This document shows positions 60,701-64,000 of a DNA stretch of 64,000 nt, piece by piece. Position numbers and translations under genes: made by a program. Location of the stretch: assembly GCA_041738395.1 (NCBI GenBank), contig JBGSPW010000064.1, forward strand, positions 1-64,000. The letters run 5' to 3'. Positions within the stretch are counted from its first letter, which is position 1. The number at the start of each line of letters is the position of its first letter. The DNA comes from Thermoflexales bacterium (GTDB lineage Bacteria > Chloroflexota > Anaerolineae > Fen-1058). Under the pieces are notes generated by a model. The model had not been told where the DNA came from and made no database searches. It worked only from the letters and a program-made list of their open reading frames with translations.

Positions 60701-60926
60701 AACCATGATCGGGAGTGCCACGACATAGGACGCAATCGTGTTGGGGGAACATGTAACCGAGTTGGGCCACGCGGCCGCCCAGACAGGGCGTTTGTTCGAC
60801 GAGGTAAACCTTGAGGCCGGCATCAGCCAAATCGAGCGCAGCGCGCATTCCACTGATGCCGCCGCCAATAACCATGACCGCAGCAACCGGCGCTTTGCGA
60901 AGATGCCCTGCTCTAAAAGCGGACAT
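57774..60926 (-). CDS. hdrA: HdrA-like flavoprotein (1050 aa) with two FAD-binding modules and N- and C-terminal ferredoxin motifs.
   Basis: VIGGGISGMRAALDLADAGLKVYLVE. CIDCGRCAEVCP. WLQCVGSRDQ...CSSICCMYATKEA. Second module IIGGGVSGMTAALAIA. C-terminal CVGCLTCTRTCP...CQGCGTCTGECP. Confidence 0.8.
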   Translation of the reverse strand: MSAFRAGHLRKAPVAAVMVIGGGISGMRAALDLADAGLKVYLVEQTPCLGGRVAQLGYMFPQHDCVLCRGTPDHGYGCTRPSISPAYSRHNQHPNIEILTDTQLIDVAGQAGDFTISLRQEPRYIDVARCIDCGRCAEVCPIEMPDEYQQRLTMRKAAYKVAARAAPDAYVIDRGPYCDACRKCADICPSHAIDLDEQPRLLTVEVGAIILAVGFQVYDPTPLAELGYGRYSNVLHAMQYERLASRSGPTEGLITRRSDGRPPRSIAWLQCVGSRDQTNTFCSSICCMYATKEAILAKQRLGEEVDCCIFIMDERAFNKEYHSYFATAREQHGIRYVRCRVSNVHEDPATRDLLLRYADATGQQREERFETVVLATGLQPPDSAPLLAELLGIDLNEHGFCQTDKFTPLQTSRPGVFVCGAFSSPKEIVETIIDASGAAAEVMRLLNDQLRTHVYTREWPFLSADGLPPERDVTDEPPRVGVFACSCGSTIGGVINLPALVQRAAQWPNVVLAEAIDFACFPETLAQIQTRIQDANLNRVVIAACSNRTHEALFQRTLRLTGLNPYLLELVNLREQCSRVHQQQQALANRKAQELLRVAVGRVLAAQPVHKDVNQCQPAALIIGGGVSGMTAALAIADSGYDVHLVERTEMLGGNLANLYYVAEGYDPQRLLRDLVNRVRAHRRIVVHMRTEVTRHIGHVGNFQAELRMKYPDGTLDEFHIAHGVTIVATGGRETREHPLLDLPHVITQHELEEKIIHRPEEIAALKDVVMIQCVRPDGMPEYCSRVCCTNALKNAIRIKLFNPACRVSVLYKNIVTYGFREEYYTEARRHGIVFVRFTDDEPPVVALLGAAEGDRLVVRVRDLTLNRWLTLPADLVPLSMAIASSEAAPELAALLRVPITGEGFFQEAQLKLRPMDFMREGIFLAGMAHYPKFVEESISHALAAAARALTLLSQGSLYLGGVVAWVDPQKCVGCLTCTRTCPFAIPQIIQQEGRSGVGGLGGAAYIDPAQCQGCGTCTGECPANAIQLINYTDEQMMLKTIGGLGSWAA

Positions 60927-61157
60927 CGCGCCACCTCCCTGCTACTGAATCTGCATGAAAAGCGCGATGTCTCCTACAACCACTTGGCTGGCTTTATTAT
61001 AAGGTGGATTTCTATTATTAGTCAATTATGAGAAAGTTTTCACAAGGCGGGGAGGCATTTGATCCCTGAACCTTTCCTCCAGAACGCGCTGTCCCGATCG
61101 AGCTTGATCGGGACAGCTGCTTAATTGCAACCATCAGACCCCAAATCGCTTCATTCC

Positions 61158-61793
61158 TCAGTCGGCCAACGCGAATGTGGTCGCGTCGAGTTCGACCAAG
61201 GTGATCTGGTTCAACGTAAAAATAAACATCTCGCGCACAGTGTAGCGATCGAGTACCGTGTGCGAGATTTGGTTTTCCAAGAGCAATGTGACGAAGCCGT
61301 GAATGAGCGCCCAGACACTCACCGCGGAAAGATCAGGTGCGCCTTGACGCAAGATGCCGGCCTGCTGGCACTGAGCGACGACCTCGACGACCAAACCAAA
61401 CGTCTGCCGGGCCGTTTCCACAAAGGCCGGATAATCCTGTTCCTTTTCGATCATGTCCGAGAGGGTGACCTTGAAGTGATCAGGCTCATCGAGCGCGAAT
61501 TGGACGTATGCCCAGGAGGATTCAATCAACCGGCGCAACGGATCCATTCGATGCCGCTCAGCCACTTGTGCGATTTGCCCGTAGAGTTTCTTGTAGCCTT
61601 CTGTGGAGATGGCGGCAATGAGGGCTTGCTTGTCGGCGAAGTGAGCATAGGGGGCCGCGTGACTGACCCCCGCCTTCTGCGCGACCTTCCGCAGGCTGAG
61701 CGCGCTCACGCCTTCTTTTGAAAGCAGGTCGGCTCCGGCTTCGATCAAGGCGTTCTTCAAATCGCCGTGGTGATAGCTCTTCTTCTTGGGCAT
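61158..61793 (-). CDS. TetR/AcrR-family transcriptional regulator.
   Basis: N-terminal HTH region LSLRKVAQKAGVSHAAPYAHF. Confidence 0.9.
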   Translation of the reverse strand: MPKKKSYHHGDLKNALIEAGADLLSKEGVSALSLRKVAQKAGVSHAAPYAHFADKQALIAAISTEGYKKLYGQIAQVAERHRMDPLRRLIESSWAYVQFALDEPDHFKVTLSDMIEKEQDYPAFVETARQTFGLVVEVVAQCQQAGILRQGAPDLSAVSVWALIHGFVTLLLENQISHTVLDRYTVREMFIFTLNQITLVELDATTFALAD

Positions 61794-61809
61794 GGCTGAC
61801 TTTCTAAAT

Positions 61810-61863
61810 TCAATCTTGACACTGTTAAGATTCTATAGCATAATCTTTACAGTGTCAAGATTT
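61810..61863. promoter_or_regulatory. Perfect 14-bp inverted repeat (putative TetR operator) overlapping a divergent sigma70-like promoter (TTGACA...TATAGCAT/CATAAT).
   Basis: aatcttgacactgt N24 acagtgtcaagatt. It lies between the tetR gene and the aldolase gene. Confidence 0.6.
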
Positions 61864-61880
61864 TCCACGGAGTAGCCAAC

Positions 61881-62567
61881 ATGAGCCAGCATCAACGCCC
61901 CAGGCAGCAAGTTGTCGAAACCGCGCAGCGCTTAGTCGAAAAAGGCTATCTCATGGCGACGGGCGGGAATCTCTCAATCCGCATCCCCGGTCAGGCCGCG
62001 TTTGCCGTGACCCCGTCCAATTACGATTATTGCAAGATGACGCCCGACGATGTGTGCATTCTCGATTTCGATCTGAACGTCATTGAAGGCGCGTTGAAAC
62101 CCTCGGTGGAGAGCGCGCTGCACGCCGGAGTCTACGTGACCCGCGCCGATGTGCAGGCCGTCGTGCACACCCATCAAGTCTATGCCAGCACCCTGGCGCT
62201 GATCAACGCCCCCATCCCGGCTCTATTCGACGAGCAAGTGCGTTTTCTTGGCCGCTCGGTTGAGATCATTCCGTATGCGCCCTCGGGCACCGGCTTCCTG
62301 AAGAACGCCATCGTCAAGCACATCAAGAATCACAACAACGCCTACATCCTGCAGAACCACGGCGCATTGTGCTTCGGCCACGATGTGGAACGCGCCGCAC
62401 ACAACGTCGAAATTCTGGAGAAGTGCGCGCTGGCCTATCTGCTGGCATTGTGCAGCGAACGCCAAACCTCAAAAATTCCCCTGCCCATCCGCGAGATCGC
62501 CTTTGCCAAGTTGCGCAAAGATCAGAAGAAAGCAGAGCGCGGGGAAATCAGCGCGAGCGGAGAGTAA
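61881..62567 (+). CDS. Class II aldolase/adducin-family protein.
   Basis: LMATGGNLSIRIP...AFAVTPSNYDY...VVHTHQVYAS matches the class II aldolase fold and metal-ligand pattern. Confidence 0.8.
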   Translation: MSQHQRPRQQVVETAQRLVEKGYLMATGGNLSIRIPGQAAFAVTPSNYDYCKMTPDDVCILDFDLNVIEGALKPSVESALHAGVYVTRADVQAVVHTHQVYASTLALINAPIPALFDEQVRFLGRSVEIIPYAPSGTGFLKNAIVKHIKNHNNAYILQNHGALCFGHDVERAAHNVEILEKCALAYLLALCSERQTSKIPLPIREIAFAKLRKDQKKAERGEISASGE

Positions 62568-62633
62568 AACGTAAAGCGTAAAACGTAAGGGGTTTTGTTA
62601 CGCACTACGCTTTACGTTTCACGTTTCACGCAT
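62565..62633. repeat. GTAAAACGTAA/TTACGTTTCACG hairpin element, copy 2.
   Basis: gtaaaacgtaaagcgtaaaacgtaa...ctttacgtttcacgtttcacg. Related to 9544-9598. Confidence 0.6.
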
Positions 62634-62653
62634 CACCTGTGAAGGAAGCAACC

Positions 62654-64000
62654 ATGACCAACACGCCATCCTACGCCATCTCTGAATATCCCAACGCCGA
62701 CGAAGTTCTGGCACGCCTGAAGGAACTGACGAAACAGCCGTTAAGGCCCATCAAGCGCGATCGGATGCAGGACTTCTTGAACTATTTCGAGACGAAATGC
62801 GTCAAATCAAAAACGCTGATCGAAGAGGCCAAACAGATCATCCCCGGCGGCGTGCAGCACAATCTGGCTTTTAATTATCCGTTCCCGCTGGCGATCGAGA
62901 AAGCGCGCGGCGCGCATATGTGGGACGTGGATGGCAATCGCTACATCGATTTTCTGCAAGCCGGCGGCCCGACCGTCCTCGGCAGCAACTACGCGCCCGT
63001 ACGCGAGAAGGTCTTTGAACTGTTGCAAGACTGCGGGCCTGTGACCGGTCTGTTCCACGAATACGAATTGAAGTTGGCGCAATTGATTCAGCGCTACATG
63101 CCCTCGATCGAGATGTTCCGCATGTTGGGGTCCGGCACCGAAAGCGTGATGGCCGCCATCCGCGCCGCACGCGCGTTCACGCACAAGAAGAAAGTGATCA
63201 AGGTCGGCGGCGCATATCACGGCTGGAGCGATCAGATGGTGTACGGTCTGCACATTCCGGGCACGGGCCGCCGCGAAGCCACCGGCATTCCGCGCGGATC
63301 GAGCGGGCACACGCAGGAAGTATTCCCGAACGATCTCGGCGCGCTCCGCCAGTTGCTGATGTTCAATCGGGTGCGAGGTGGAACCGCCGCCGTGATCGTC
63401 GAACCGGTGGGGCCGGAAAGCGGCACACGTCCGGTGCCCTACGACTACAATCAAAAAGTGCGCGAACTCTGCGACGAATTCGGCGCGCTGTTGATCTTCG
63501 ACGAAGTGGTGACGGGCTTTCGTTTGGGCATGGGCGGCGCGCAGGGCTACTTCAACGTCAAACCTGATCTGACGATCTTCGGCAAGTGCGTGACCGGCGG
63601 TTATCCGATGGCGGGCGGCGTGGGCGGCCGGCGTGAGGTGATCATGCGCTTTGCGGCCGGCATCGGCGGCACGGGCGAGCGGGCCTACATCGGCGGCACG
63701 TTGAGCGCGAATCCGTTGTCGTGCGTGGCAGGCTACTATGCCCTGCTCGAAATGGAGCGCACCAATGCGCCAGTCATCGCCGGCCGCGCGGGCGATCGCT
63801 TAACCAAGGGGTTGCAGCAGATCATCGAAAAATACCGCCTGCCGTTTGTGGCCTTCAATCAAGGCTCGATCTGCCATCTCGAAACCTCGGGCGTGATGCT
63901 GCTGGACATGAAGAATCCGCTCAAACTGCTGCGCGAAATGAAGCCGCGCAAACACATGCTGGAAGAGATGGGCGCGGCCTACATGGCGCAGGGTCTCATC
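62654..64000 (+). CDS. Class III aminotransferase (glutamate-1-semialdehyde aminomutase-like), 3'-partial, open to the window end.
   Basis: DEVVTGFRLGMGG...TIFGKCVTGGYPMAGGVGG (PLP-lysine region) is typical of HemL-like class III enzymes. There is a roughly 100-aa N-terminal extension. Confidence 0.8.
   Translation, partial: MTNTPSYAISEYPNADEVLARLKELTKQPLRPIKRDRMQDFLNYFETKCVKSKTLIEEAKQIIPGGVQHNLAFNYPFPLAIEKARGAHMWDVDGNRYIDFLQAGGPTVLGSNYAPVREKVFELLQDCGPVTGLFHEYELKLAQLIQRYMPSIEMFRMLGSGTESVMAAIRAARAFTHKKKVIKVGGAYHGWSDQMVYGLHIPGTGRREATGIPRGSSGHTQEVFPNDLGALRQLLMFNRVRGGTAAVIVEPVGPESGTRPVPYDYNQKVRELCDEFGALLIFDEVVTGFRLGMGGAQGYFNVKPDLTIFGKCVTGGYPMAGGVGGRREVIMRFAAGIGGTGERAYIGGTLSANPLSCVAGYYALLEMERTNAPVIAGRAGDRLTKGLQQIIEKYRLPFVAFNQGSICHLETSGVMLLDMKNPLKLLREMKPRKHMLEEMGAAYMAQGLI

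Overview
This window is a roughly 60% GC bacterial chromosomal segment. Gene content is consistent with an anaerobic or facultative Chloroflexi-like organism, but that assignment is inference only. 

- **1-7825:** the 3' part of one giant multidomain secreted protein. It carries tandem metallophosphatase/5'-nucleotidase domains, a family-5 solute-binding domain, a PPC domain with a perfect 18-bp tandem repeat, a clan-CD peptidase-like domain and Calx-beta domains.
- **7.9-12.6 kb:** a coenzyme F420 biosynthesis cluster with nitroreductase-like, cofD, cofC, LLM-oxidoreductase and MFS transporter genes.
- **12.6-38.5 kb:** housekeeping and accessory genes. These include DinB, YhhN, YjbQ, a Tm-1-like pair, cspA, an LCP protein, an M32 carboxypeptidase, a bacterial MVP(vault)-like protein, a TfoX-N protein, mutS, an IS1595-type transposase with a slippery A7 frameshift, tRNA-Gly and tRNA-Pro, an aldo-keto reductase, an SDR, a class-III aminotransferase and the potABCD polyamine ABC transporter.
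- **38.5-61 kb, minus strand:** the most striking region, one large gene array in the order hyp - hdrCB(HdrD-like) - metF - metV - mvhD(Sec) - AT-rich unknown - hdrL1 (1595 aa) - AT-rich EVE/DUF3883 gene - histidine kinase/response regulator - mvhD(Sec) - hdrL2 (1563 aa) - membrane protein - mvhD(Cys) - hdrA-like (1050 aa). It is an expanded MetFV-HdrABC-MvhD-type electron-bifurcating module. Two of the three mvhD copies have an in-frame TGA at the position of a conserved Cys, each followed by a hairpin, which is consistent with selenocysteine.
- **61-64 kb:** a TetR regulator with a perfect palindromic operator, a class II aldolase and a 3'-partial class-III aminotransferase.

Several families of short structured repeats recur through the window:

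- AGAAACCGGGTTTCT hairpin elements.
- GTAAAACGTAA hairpins.
- A GC-rich nested palindrome, found once in-frame inside cofD.
- Heptanucleotide tandem tracts inside and between the hdr genes.
- 100-nt tandem structured repeats at 18962-19175.
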